Origin: Rickettsiales bacterium
GTDB lineage: Bacteria > Pseudomonadota > Alphaproteobacteria > Rs-D84
Direction of reading: 5' to 3'
DNA: 64,000 bases
NCBI GenBank assembly: GCA_031266915.1
Contig: JAISAB010000002.1
Coordinates: 76,738 to 140,737 of the forward strand
Every line of letters begins with the position of its first letter. Within the stretch, counting starts at the first letter, position 1. The position numbers were made by a program, and so were the translations under genes. Shown piece by piece: positions 53,084 through 61,979 of the stretch. The notes below the pieces were generated by a model. That model searched no databases and was not told where the DNA came from. It saw only the letters and a program-made list of their open reading frames with translations.

Positions 53084-53529
53084 GTTATCCTCCTGTGGAG
53101 GAGTACCGGCGCATCCGGGTAGGTGGTTAGAGAATTAATAAATAATAAAGAATAGAGAATAAAGAATAAATAATCAGAGCTTAATCTAAAAGTCTCGAAC
53201 CACCCCGTCATGCTTCGCATGCCACCCCTCCGCCGGATGTGAACAGTTCTCCTCCTGTGTAGGGGTACGTTGCCGCATAGCAAGAATTTGCCGCAGGTCA
53301 GCTTATCTGCCATTATCTTTTCTTCCGGTAAATCTGTTTTGTTTTTGCGCACGAATTTGCCGTTGGCCGGTTATGGGCGGATATTTTTCTGAAACTTTGT
53401 TCTGTGGCAATTCCTGTCCTGTGGGCTGCGTGAAGTCGAATCGGCATATTCCTGTTATTTCATAAGTCGCGTCTTTGATGACTTTTACTGCTTTCATATT
53501 TTTTCCTTTAAGGTTCATTCTCTCTCGCG

Positions 53530-55131
53530 CTATCCTAATTTCTTTTTCAAAATTTCATTCACGGTTGCGGGGTTGGCGCTGCCGCCGGTGGCCTTCATGA
53601 TCTGGCCGACAAAGAATCCCATCAGGCCGACCTTGCCGCTGCGATACTGTTCCAGCGGTCCCTGGTTGGCGGCGATAACGTCGTCGACGGCTTTTTCAAT
53701 CGCGCTAGTATCCGTGATTTGCTTCATGCCGAATTTGTCCGCGATTGCACGTGGTGAACCTGTTTCGCCGTCCAGCATTTTGATAAAGATGTCTTTGGCC
53801 TGTTTGCCGTTGACGTCGGCCGCGGCAATCATATCGACCAATTCGGCCAAGTCGTCGGGCGTGATTATTCGCGGTGGCAAATCCCCTTCGCTGGCGAAGG
53901 GGTGCCCGCAGGGCGGGGTAGTGGTTGCCGAATCATTTTCAACTACCCCGTCCGGCTTCGCCGGCCACCCCTTCGCCAGCGAAGGGGAATAATTCTCGGG
54001 GTGCGCGAACAGTTCGCTTATCAGCCAATTCGCAATCGGCTTGGCGCGCACCGGTTTGTCGCCGACGGCCGATTCGAACCATTTGGAAATATCGACGCTT
54101 TCGGTCAGACGCGCCGCGTCGTATTCGGATAATCCCAGTTCGTCGATATAGCGCGTGCGCCGCGCGGACGGCAATTCCGGCAGGGTCGCGCGAATGCGCT
54201 CAATCGTTTCGTCTTCAATCACCAGCGGCAATAAATCCGGGTCCGGAAAGTAACGGTAATCCAGCGCGTCTTCTTTGCTGCGCGCAACCGATGTTGTGCC
54301 GGAATCTTGATTATAATGCATTGTATCCTGGGACACCGTGCCGCCATTTTCATAGATTTCGATTTGACGGCGGGCCTCGTATTCAATGGCTGTCTTGATA
54401 AACTTGAAAGACACCATGTTTTTTGTCTCGGTGCGGGTTCTGAATTCAGTGCTGCCGGCGGGGCGGACCGATACGTTGACGTCGGCGCGCATGCTGCCTT
54501 CCTCCATATTCGCCTTGGACACATTCAGGGCGCGCGCGATTTCGCGAATCTGGCGCAGATAGCGCTCAGCTTCATCGGGACTGGTTATGTAGGAATTATT
54601 TTCCGGATTTTTCACATCCAGAAACGTCACGATTTCCAACAGCATGACCCCGCTGCGATTCAAGTCCACAAAAGTTTTTGTCGGATGCGCATCGTGCTTG
54701 TTTTTTGCGGCGTCTTGCTCCATGTGCGCGCGTTCGATATATATTTTTTTCGGTTCGCCGTCATCCGACATGATTTCAAGCCATCCGCGGCCGACGACGG
54801 GCGGCTCTTCGGCGGGCTGTGAAATCTGGTATCCCTGGGGCAGGTCGGGATAGAAATATTGCTTGCGCGCGAATTTGCTGACGCGCGAAATTTCAGCGTT
54901 TATCCCCAGGCCGAAGCGAATCGTCTGTTCGACGCAGAATTCATTCAGCACCGGCAGCATGCCCGGCATGGCGGCGTCGACCATCGACACCTGGGTGTTG
55001 GGCGGCACGGTCGGGTTATAGTCCGCGGACGCGCCGCTGAACAATTTTGATTCAGATAAAACCTCTATATGGGTTTCCAGTCCGATGACCAGTTCCCAAT
55101 CGCCCGTTTTACCCTTGATAGTGTATGTCAT
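53530..55131 (-). CDS. gatB: aspartyl/glutamyl-tRNA(Asn/Gln) amidotransferase subunit B (with in-frame palindromic insertion)
   Basis: The N-terminus MTYTIKGKTGDWELVIGLETHIEV and the GatB core and tail domains are present. There is an extra ~35-aa segment encoded by a palindromic element (53880-53993). Confidence 0.92.
   Translation of the reverse strand: MTYTIKGKTGDWELVIGLETHIEVLSESKLFSGASADYNPTVPPNTQVSMVDAAMPGMLPVLNEFCVEQTIRFGLGINAEISRVSKFARKQYFYPDLPQGYQISQPAEEPPVVGRGWLEIMSDDGEPKKIYIERAHMEQDAAKNKHDAHPTKTFVDLNRSGVMLLEIVTFLDVKNPENNSYITSPDEAERYLRQIREIARALNVSKANMEEGSMRADVNVSVRPAGSTEFRTRTETKNMVSFKFIKTAIEYEARRQIEIYENGGTVSQDTMHYNQDSGTTSVARSKEDALDYRYFPDPDLLPLVIEDETIERIRATLPELPSARRTRYIDELGLSEYDAARLTESVDISKWFESAVGDKPVRAKPIANWLISELFAHPENYSPSLAKGWPAKPDGVVENDSATTTPPCGHPFASEGDLPPRIITPDDLAELVDMIAAADVNGKQAKDIFIKMLDGETGSPRAIADKFGMKQITDTSAIEKAVDDVIAANQGPLEQYRSGKVGLMGFFVGQIMKATGGSANPATVNEILKKKLG
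53880..53993. repeat. palindromic element inserted in frame in gatB
   Basis: The outer arms are aaatccccttcgctggcgaaggggtg ... caccccttcgccagcgaaggggaata, and the inner arms are ggggtagtggttg...caactaccccg. It encodes SLAKGWPAKPDGVVENDSATTTPPCGHPFASEGDLPP, which is absent from other GatB proteins. Confidence 0.55.
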
Positions 55132-55475
55132 TTTGTTATACCTTTTTCCAGTTTCAAAGCAAAAATCATATCTTTTTTAATTTGTTTTTTCCATGTTCTT
55201 GGGAATTTATTGTAAAGTCCGAATCTGTGAAGACGCCCGGAAGAACCGATGACAGCCGCGCCCTGGTTAAAATAAGTCGATACCACAGCGACGTGCTCAC
55301 CGATTTGATATTCCAGTTTTCTTTTGGTTAGCGAAATGAATCCGCCTGCGGCGGTTTTAACGCCCGAAAAGCTCGGTATTTCCGGCGCGCCTTGATACAA
55401 GCCGTAATCTATGGCGCCAACAAGGTCGGGTTCGTAGCAATATTCGCCCGTATGAACTTTATATTTATAATTCAT
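55128..55475 (-). CDS. hypothetical protein between tRNA-Phe and gatB
   Basis: 115-aa ORF. Its stop overlaps the gatB start (ATGA) and it lies where gatA-gatB are normally contiguous. Confidence 0.4.
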   Translation of the reverse strand: MNYKYKVHTGEYCYEPDLVGAIDYGLYQGAPEIPSFSGVKTAAGGFISLTKRKLEYQIGEHVAVVSTYFNQGAAVIGSSGRLHRFGLYNKFPRTWKKQIKKDMIFALKLEKGITK

Positions 55476-55675
55476 TTTTGTTTTGCCTTGCTAAATTTAT
55501 AATGAGAATTTCGACCATGTTTGGATTCATGGTCTTGAATATTCGCCACACCCAGCCAAAAAGGGGCGATGTTCCGCCAATTTTCACGATTTTTAATTTC
55601 AAAAGATGCATCAAGCTTTGAAAGAGTCATTTTTCCTTGCTTTTTTGTTTCACGTGCCCTAATATCGCGACTGTC

Positions 55676-55751
55676 GGCCAGGTAGCTCAGTTGGTAGAGC
55701 AAGGGACTGAAAATCCCTGTGTCGGCGGTTCGATTCCGTCCCTGGCCACCA
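55676..55751 (+). tRNA. tRNA-Phe (anticodon GAA)
   Basis: The cloverleaf is acceptor ggccagg/cctggcc, D arm gctc-agttggta-gagc, anticodon arm aggga-ctGAAaa-tccct, T arm ggcgg-ttcgatt-ccgtc, and an encoded CCA. It is followed by the hairpin cccctcctgcggagggg. Confidence 0.9.
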
Positions 55752-55865
55752 GTAAATTCCCCTCCTGCGGAGGGGTGATTTTTTGCATATAATGCAAAAA
55801 ATCGGGGAGGGTTCCGTCCGCGCCGCGCGAAGCGCAAATCCCTGTGTCGCTTGGTGGACAGTGTT

Positions 55866-57350
55866 TTACTTCCCCATTATTTTACTCGGGCGGTTGTCCA
55901 ACCCTGCGAATTTTTCAATATGTTTTGCCAGTTGCAAAACGCGCACATCGTCGAATTTGTTTCCGACGACCTGCATGCCCAATGGCAATCCGTTTTCCGC
56001 CAATCCGCACGGAACGCTGCACGCCGGAATTCCCGCCAAATTCATCGCGACCGTAAACAAATCCAATGCGTAATATTCCAACGGCGTCAAATCCGAATTC
56101 AGCGGCATCGCCGGGCCGGCCCCCGACGGGCATAGAATCAAATCGCATTCGGCGAACGCGCGGTCGAACGCGTCCGCAATCAGGCGGCGAACGCGCGCGG
56201 CCTGCATGAAATAAACCTCGTAACTTTCCGACGACAGCACGGCCGTGCCGACAACCATGCGGCGCTGGACCTCGGTCCCGAAGCCGGCCGCGCGGGTTTT
56301 CTTGTACGTGTCATTCAAATCGACGCCGTCCACCCGCAGGCCGTAACGCATGCCGTCATATCGGGCCAGGTTCGACGATGCCTCGGCCGGCGCGATGACA
56401 TAATAAGCGGCCAGGGCGTCCAAGACATTCGGAATTGAAACATCGACAATCTCGGCGCCCGCGGCGCGCAGGTCGGCGACGCGCGCGTCGAATAATTTTT
56501 TCATATCGGCGGAAATTTCAACGTCGGCGAATTCGCTGATAATGCCGATTTTTAAGCCATGCAGGGCGCAAGTATGCGCCCCTACGAATTCGCGCAATTG
56601 TGCCGCAACTTCATCAGATTCTGGCGCGGACGTGGAATCCTTGTCGTCATTGCCCGCCATAACCGACAGCAGCAGCGCCGCGTCGTCGACCGTGCGCGCA
56701 ATCGGGCCCGGCGTGTCCAGGCTGGACGCGAAAGCCACGCAGCCCCAGCGGCTGCACAATCCATAGGTCGGCTTCATCCCGACCAGGCCCGTAATCGCCG
56801 CTGGAAAACGGATGGAGCCGCCCGTGTCCGTTCCTGTGCCGCCGATGGCCAGGCCGCCCGCGATGGCGGCCGTCGCGCCGCCGGACGAGCCGCCCGCGGT
56901 CAATTTGTGTTCCCGCTGCCACGGATTAATCGGCGCGCCGAAATAGCTGGTCTTGGAAAAGGTTCCCATCGCGAATTCGTCCAGATTCGTCTTGCCCAGC
57001 AAAACGGTGCCGGCATCGATGAATTTCTGCGAAACGGTCGATTCGTATTCCGGAACAAAATTTTCCAGCATCTTGCTGGCCGCCGTCGTGCGGATGCCGC
57101 GCGTGGCGAACAAATCTTTCATCCCAATCGGAATCCCGTCCAGCGCCCGCGGTTCGCCCGCGCCGTAGCGTTCGTCCGCCGCCGCCGCGTCGGCCAATGC
57201 GCGTTCGGGTGTTACGGTGATATAGCAATTCAATTCATCGCCGAATTTTTCGATGCGTTCCAAATAGGCCCGCGTCAATTCCACCGACGTAATTTCGCCG
57301 GACTTTAATTTCGCCAATGCTTCGGCAATGGTCAGGTCTGTCAAGTTCAT
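55866..57350 (-). CDS. gatA: glutamyl-tRNA(Gln) amidotransferase subunit A
   Basis: The amidase signature (GGSSGGATAAIAGG), the Ser-cisSer-Lys triad context and the N-terminus MNLTDLTIAEAL are present. Confidence 0.92.
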   Translation of the reverse strand: MNLTDLTIAEALAKLKSGEITSVELTRAYLERIEKFGDELNCYITVTPERALADAAAADERYGAGEPRALDGIPIGMKDLFATRGIRTTAASKMLENFVPEYESTVSQKFIDAGTVLLGKTNLDEFAMGTFSKTSYFGAPINPWQREHKLTAGGSSGGATAAIAGGLAIGGTGTDTGGSIRFPAAITGLVGMKPTYGLCSRWGCVAFASSLDTPGPIARTVDDAALLLSVMAGNDDKDSTSAPESDEVAAQLREFVGAHTCALHGLKIGIISEFADVEISADMKKLFDARVADLRAAGAEIVDVSIPNVLDALAAYYVIAPAEASSNLARYDGMRYGLRVDGVDLNDTYKKTRAAGFGTEVQRRMVVGTAVLSSESYEVYFMQAARVRRLIADAFDRAFAECDLILCPSGAGPAMPLNSDLTPLEYYALDLFTVAMNLAGIPACSVPCGLAENGLPLGMQVVGNKFDDVRVLQLAKHIEKFAGLDNRPSKIMGK

Positions 57351-57385
57351 AATTTATCCGTTTGTTTTTGCACTGTGTGGAATCG

Positions 57386-57679
57386 TTATTCGTCCATAAC
57401 CTTGGGTACGGCGAAATAACCGCGGGACACGCCGGCGTCATCGGGCGCGTTTTTCAAAACCAAATCGCGGATGTTCCCGTCGGTCACGATGTCCCTGCGC
57501 CGCGGCAGGGCGTGTTCGACCGGCGACAGCATCGGGCTGACCCCGGCCGTGTCAATCTGTTGCAATTTGTCCAGCCACTCGATGATAGAGTCGATGTTCA
57601 TTTCGGATAGTTTTTCGTCGCTGATTTCAATCCGGATAAGATTGGCGAATTTCTGCAATTGCTGCTTGCTAAATGACAT
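57386..57679 (-). CDS. gatC: glutamyl-tRNA(Gln) amidotransferase subunit C
   Basis: 97 aa, MSFSKQQLQKFANLIRIEISDEKL... matching the GatC pattern, immediately upstream of gatA. Confidence 0.85.
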   Translation of the reverse strand: MSFSKQQLQKFANLIRIEISDEKLSEMNIDSIIEWLDKLQQIDTAGVSPMLSPVEHALPRRRDIVTDGNIRDLVLKNAPDDAGVSRGYFAVPKVMDE

Positions 57680-57727
57680 AATGGGTCCTATGATTCAAAT
57701 AATTTAACATCAGCGGGGAATTGTACC

Positions 57728-58177
57728 ATGGTTTTGACAGATTTCAAGAATTTTCCGCATGTTGGAAAGATTTTGGGAATAGATTGGGGCGCGCGGCGCA
57801 TCGGGCTGGCGATTTCCGACGCGGGTCGGGAATTTTTCTTTGTCCGTCCGATAATGGAAAATAAACCGCGGCCGGCAAACGCGGCGGCCGATGTCGCCGC
57901 CGTGGCCCGGGCAGAGGGGGTCGCGGGCATTGTCGTCGGACTGCCGCTGCGCGGGGACGGCTGCGAATCTGATACTACGCGGGCCGTGCGCCGGTTCGCC
58001 GATGAGTTGGCGTCCATAATCGATTTGCCGATTGTTTTCATCAACGAAAACCTGACCAGCGTCGAGGCCCAAGAAAGGCAGAAGGCAAAAGGCAAAAGGC
58101 AGAAGTATATCGATTCCGAGAGTGCAAGGGTTATACTGGAAAACGCCGCGGCGATGATTCGTCGTAGTGCGAAATAA
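57728..58177 (+). CDS. ruvX: YqgF/RuvC-like putative pre-16S rRNA nuclease
   Basis: ILGIDWGARRIGLAISD, VVGLPL and ENLTSVEA motifs are present. Confidence 0.85.
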   Translation: MVLTDFKNFPHVGKILGIDWGARRIGLAISDAGREFFFVRPIMENKPRPANAAADVAAVARAEGVAGIVVGLPLRGDGCESDTTRAVRRFADELASIIDLPIVFINENLTSVEAQERQKAKGKRQKYIDSESARVILENAAAMIRRSAK

Positions 58178-58186
58178 AGAAAAAAG

Positions 58187-58819
58187 ATGATGAGCATGAA
58201 TATTATTTATCTTCAGGAAGATTTGTCGGACGCCCAAGCCGCCGCGCTGATGGCATCGCCCGAGCTGGCCGTCGACACGGAACTGACGGGCCTGGAAATT
58301 CACAACGACAACCTGTGCCTGGTGCAGCTGCGCGCGCGCGACAGCGACGACTTTTATCTGGTCCAGGTTCGTGACAACAAGGATTATCCGAATCTGGCGC
58401 GCGTTCTGTCCAATCCGAACAGCATCAAGATTTTCCATTACGCCCGCATGGATTTGTTGATGATATACAAGCGTCTGGGCGTCTGGGCCGCGCCGGTGTT
58501 CTGCACCAAAATCGGCGTCTTGCTGGCGCGGCCGAAAAAAGGGCACACGCTACAGAACGCCTTGCGCGAAATTTTCAAAATCGAAATCGAAAAGGACGAA
58601 TGCCTGTCGGACTGGACCAAGAAACTGAATTCCAAACAGCAGAAATACGCCGCTAACGATGTCCTGTACCTGCACATGTTAAAGGATTATCTGACCGACA
58701 CCCTGGCCGATAAAAACAGAACGCATCTGGCGCAAAAATGTTTCGAGTTTCTGCCGACCCGCTGCCAGCTGGATATGGACTGGGGCGAGCGGGACATCTT
58801 CGGATACAACCCGAAATAA
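58187..58819 (+). CDS. rnd: ribonuclease D-like 3'-5' exonuclease (DEDDy domain only)
   Basis: Exo motifs LAVDTELTGL, FHYARMDL and the Y..D motif KYAANDVLYLHML are present. It is the short single-domain form. Confidence 0.8.
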   Translation: MMSMNIIYLQEDLSDAQAAALMASPELAVDTELTGLEIHNDNLCLVQLRARDSDDFYLVQVRDNKDYPNLARVLSNPNSIKIFHYARMDLLMIYKRLGVWAAPVFCTKIGVLLARPKKGHTLQNALREIFKIEIEKDECLSDWTKKLNSKQQKYAANDVLYLHMLKDYLTDTLADKNRTHLAQKCFEFLPTRCQLDMDWGERDIFGYNPK

Positions 58820-59030
58820 AAATTAATTTCTATGGACGACTGTCGCGTTCACATCCCCTCGCGTAACATTTGTACGCGTCGGGTCTGCGAAACGCCTCCA
58901 TTCATCTCATATAAATTAATTTTGTATTCAAACTATGGATGCCTGCTTGCGTTAACCGCCGAGTCGTGAACGTCTTTGTACACTCCCCTTTGGTTAATGC
59001 GGTGCATTCATCTCATATAATTTAATTTTT
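58818..59030. repeat. two tandem ~105-bp repeat units ending in cattcatctcatata(a)atttaattttt
   Basis: Unit 1 is 58818-58923 and unit 2 is 58924-59030. Both contain gtacgcgtc.../gtacactccc and end in the aattaattt(t) motif shared with 16262-16420. Confidence 0.45.
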
Positions 59031-59134
59031 GAAATAATTTTATAAAAAATCCCGGAAACAATGCATATAGCAGACGGCAGGGTTATCTATGCTCTGTTAA
59101 TTGTTAACTGAATAAAAACGCCCATCGGGCGTTT

Positions 59135-60169
59135 TTATTCGTCGCGTTTGTCCGGGATTTCGCCGTTCGCGCTCAGCAATACCGCTATCCATCGCGTGGA
59201 ATCGAACTGGGCGGTGATGATGAACGTCGCCACCAGCAGCGGCACGCTGAAGAACATTCCCGCCACGCCCCACAGCATTCCCCAGAACACCAGGTTGATT
59301 AAAATCGCCAGCGTCGACAGGTTCAGCGTCTTGCCGGTCAGCTTTGGTTCCAGGATGTTTCCGAACACTACCTGCAGGCCGATTAATCCGACCGCGACCA
59401 GAATCGGCATATTCATCGAATCGGCCGTAACCAGCGAATACAGTATCGGCAGCGAGCACGCGACAATCGCGCCGATTGTCGGAATATAGCTGACTATGAA
59501 CACGATGAATGCCCAGACGCCCGCGAATTCCAGTCCCAGAAAATGCAGCCAGAAATAAGACACCAATGCCGTGACGGCGGAAATGAACGTCTTCATGAAC
59601 ATGTATTTCTTCATGTTTTCGTCGATGCTGGCGAAGATATAGCGCATCTTTTTCGACTGGGTCTTGTTCGGGAACAAGGCGGCGAACTTTTTGTGGAACG
59701 TGCTTTGTTCGATGAACATAAAGAAGATGTATACCAGAACCATCCCCAGGGTCGCCGCAAGCCCCGTGACGGACGATCCGATGCCGGCCGCGATGCTTGT
59801 TATGTTCGGCACGGCGCCCGGCGACAGCGACCCGCCGAAATACCCGGTGATGTAATCGGTCAGCAATGTCAGCTTGCTCTGGATTTCAGGCATGCGCGCC
59901 ATCAATTCCGAAAACATCGGGCGGACCTGGGTGACGAACAGATAAGTTAGCCCGGCGAATGTCGCCAACGACAATGCGCCCGATAGCCAGTCGAAAACGA
60001 TGTGCGGGACTTTGCCGTCTTTTTTTCTGAACGGCATGGCCTTGCGGTAATAGGCCGAAATGGCGTTAATCAGGTACCATAAAAACGCGGCGATAACGAC
60101 CGGGATGAAAATAGGACGCCCCAGCCACAAGACAAAGATTATACCGACAAAAAGAATCAAACCGTTCAT
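59135..60169 (-). CDS. AI-2E family transporter (PerM/YhhT, UPF0118)
   Basis: 8 TM helices and the conserved C-terminal region ...GLIGLQVVFGNILEPKLTGKTLNLSTLAILINLVFWGMLWGVAGMFFSVPL are present. Confidence 0.8.
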   Translation of the reverse strand: MNGLILFVGIIFVLWLGRPIFIPVVIAAFLWYLINAISAYYRKAMPFRKKDGKVPHIVFDWLSGALSLATFAGLTYLFVTQVRPMFSELMARMPEIQSKLTLLTDYITGYFGGSLSPGAVPNITSIAAGIGSSVTGLAATLGMVLVYIFFMFIEQSTFHKKFAALFPNKTQSKKMRYIFASIDENMKKYMFMKTFISAVTALVSYFWLHFLGLEFAGVWAFIVFIVSYIPTIGAIVACSLPILYSLVTADSMNMPILVAVGLIGLQVVFGNILEPKLTGKTLNLSTLAILINLVFWGMLWGVAGMFFSVPLLVATFIITAQFDSTRWIAVLLSANGEIPDKRDE

Positions 60170-60238
60170 ATTCGCGCCTTTTGCATACGGATGAATCGCA
60201 AACCGTTCCCGGGCGATAGAGCCATGGGAACAGGCGGG

Positions 60239-61237
60239 CTATTCATTCGCCTCAGTTTCTTCTATTTCCAAAGACACAGCGCCGCCGTTCGCGTCAACCA
60301 GCTGAATCCCGTCGGGCGACATATAGTCGGCGTTGTTTTGCGCCCGCTGTGAAAACATCGCGAACAGGCCGACGCACAGAAGGATAATCGCAATGTTCAG
60401 CGCGCCCGCGACGGTGGAATACATACCGCCGATGTTCTTTTGGAATTTCTTTGTGCCCGCAATCAGCAGCCACACAGCGAATATCGCGCCGAAGAACAAT
60501 TCAAACAGCGCGGCGTAGATGTTGGAACACAGCGCCGTAATCGCTATCATCACCAGAAACGCCAGAAACGCGTTCAGGGGTTTGGCGACGACCCAGTCCG
60601 TCAATTTCGAATACCATTTTGCATGAATAGCGACTGCCGGCTTGGCCTTGGAATCATCCGCCAGCAGATACCCCGGAAACCAGAACATGATGGCGGCAAA
60701 TGGCATGGCCAGCAGCGCCTTGAATCTTGATACGCCCATGGTCAGCGCGCGGCGATATGTCGCGCACAAGCCGGCGATGAACAGGCCGATGATATAAAGG
60801 CCCGCGACAAGTACGGCGACGCCTGGTAACAAGAACCACAACAACAGTGTCGACACGCTGTGATACGGCATCCACATCGCGTACATCATTAATTCAAGCG
60901 CGCGGCTGGCGACAAAGACGGCGAACAGCACGACCACCGCGCAATATACGAACGCCAGTCCATTACTGACGGCGACGAAGCTTTTTCTGTCCAGATTTTC
61001 CTTGGGCAGCCATCCGATGTATTTGCGTATTGAGAAAATCATTGCCGCCGCCATCAGGGTGGCGGCCGCCCAATGCGACAAATCCGCGCCCGGGCCGGCG
61101 GCGATGCGCGTAATCAATGCGTAAATCAGAACAAGCCCGACCATCAGTCCCAGGGACAGAAGGGCGAATTTCACCGGCGCTTTGAAAAACCAAGACATCA
61201 ATTTCGATTTGTTCCCGGCGGTTGGTTTTTGTGCCAT
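60239..61237 (-). CDS. hypothetical polytopic membrane protein (occupies the position downstream of sufC where sufD is usually found)
   Basis: 332 aa with ~8 hydrophobic helices and no SufD similarity. Confidence 0.5.
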   Translation of the reverse strand: MAQKPTAGNKSKLMSWFFKAPVKFALLSLGLMVGLVLIYALITRIAAGPGADLSHWAAATLMAAAMIFSIRKYIGWLPKENLDRKSFVAVSNGLAFVYCAVVVLFAVFVASRALELMMYAMWMPYHSVSTLLLWFLLPGVAVLVAGLYIIGLFIAGLCATYRRALTMGVSRFKALLAMPFAAIMFWFPGYLLADDSKAKPAVAIHAKWYSKLTDWVVAKPLNAFLAFLVMIAITALCSNIYAALFELFFGAIFAVWLLIAGTKKFQKNIGGMYSTVAGALNIAIILLCVGLFAMFSQRAQNNADYMSPDGIQLVDANGGAVSLEIEETEANE

Positions 61238-61267
61238 TATATACTCCTTCAGTTTATAATGTTCAGA

Positions 61268-61951
61268 TTATATCACAATTTTGCCAGACGACAAAGTCGT
61301 AGTTTGACTTGGGCAAACCAGCCGAGTGAAGTTTTCCTGATGGCTGATAAACAGGAATGTCGTCCCCTGCATTTCATTCATAATGTCGGCAATCATTTTT
61401 TGAACGGATGCGTCCGCGCCGGAATCCGGTTCGTCCAAAATCGCCAATTTCGGCGGCGTCATCAGCAATCGCAGCAGCATCAGCCTTTTCCGCTCGCCGC
61501 CGGAAAATCCGACGTTGACGCCGCGGTTCAGCCATTCCTTTGGGATGTCCAGCCGCGCCCGCGCTGTTTCCAAATCGGCCAGGAATTCGCCCATGGACAA
61601 ATCCTTGCCGGTTTGAAAGTGCCTGTGCGCGGCAGCGGAATGCTTTAAAAAGCTCATCACGGTCAGGCCCGGAATTTCCGGCACGTTCTGCGCGCCCAGA
61701 AATATCCCCAACAGCGCGCGCGTCGTCGCGTTTTCATCCGTTACGTTGCGGCCGTCGAAAATAATCCGGCCGCCGCCGATGGTGTAATCGGGATTGCCCG
61801 CGATGGTCTGGGCCAGCGTGGATTTGCCGCTGCCGTTGTGCCCGGACAGCAGATGCCGCGCACCGGCGCCGACGGACAAGTTTATGCCGTCCAACAATTT
61901 CCTGTCGCCTAAATTTACGGTCAGATTTTGTATTTCTAATATATTGCTCAT
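61268..61951 (-). CDS. sufC: Fe-S cluster assembly ATPase SufC
   Basis: Walker A GHNGSGKST, ABC signature FSGGERKR, Walker B LAILDEPDSG and the SufC-type Q-loop are present. Confidence 0.9.
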   Translation of the reverse strand: MSNILEIQNLTVNLGDRKLLDGINLSVGAGARHLLSGHNGSGKSTLAQTIAGNPDYTIGGGRIIFDGRNVTDENATTRALLGIFLGAQNVPEIPGLTVMSFLKHSAAAHRHFQTGKDLSMGEFLADLETARARLDIPKEWLNRGVNVGFSGGERKRLMLLRLLMTPPKLAILDEPDSGADASVQKMIADIMNEMQGTTFLFISHQENFTRLVCPSQTTTLSSGKIVI

Positions 61952-61979
61952 TCCTGATTCCTAATTTCTGATTTCTTTA

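Noticed and set aside
53080-53518. ORFs 53080..53352 and 53303..53518 downstream of gatB and upstream of miaB
   Set aside because: They lie in a repeat-rich intergenic spacer containing aagaatagagaataaagaata (also at 580-603) and tcctcctgtggagga palindromes. They have no RBS and low-complexity translations.
58070-58110. Possible inserted repeat in ruvX (RQKAKGKRQK)
   Set aside because: The spacing between the conserved SVEA and DS.SA.IL motifs equals that in E. coli YqgF, so no residues are added. It is retained only as the shared 20-mer observation.
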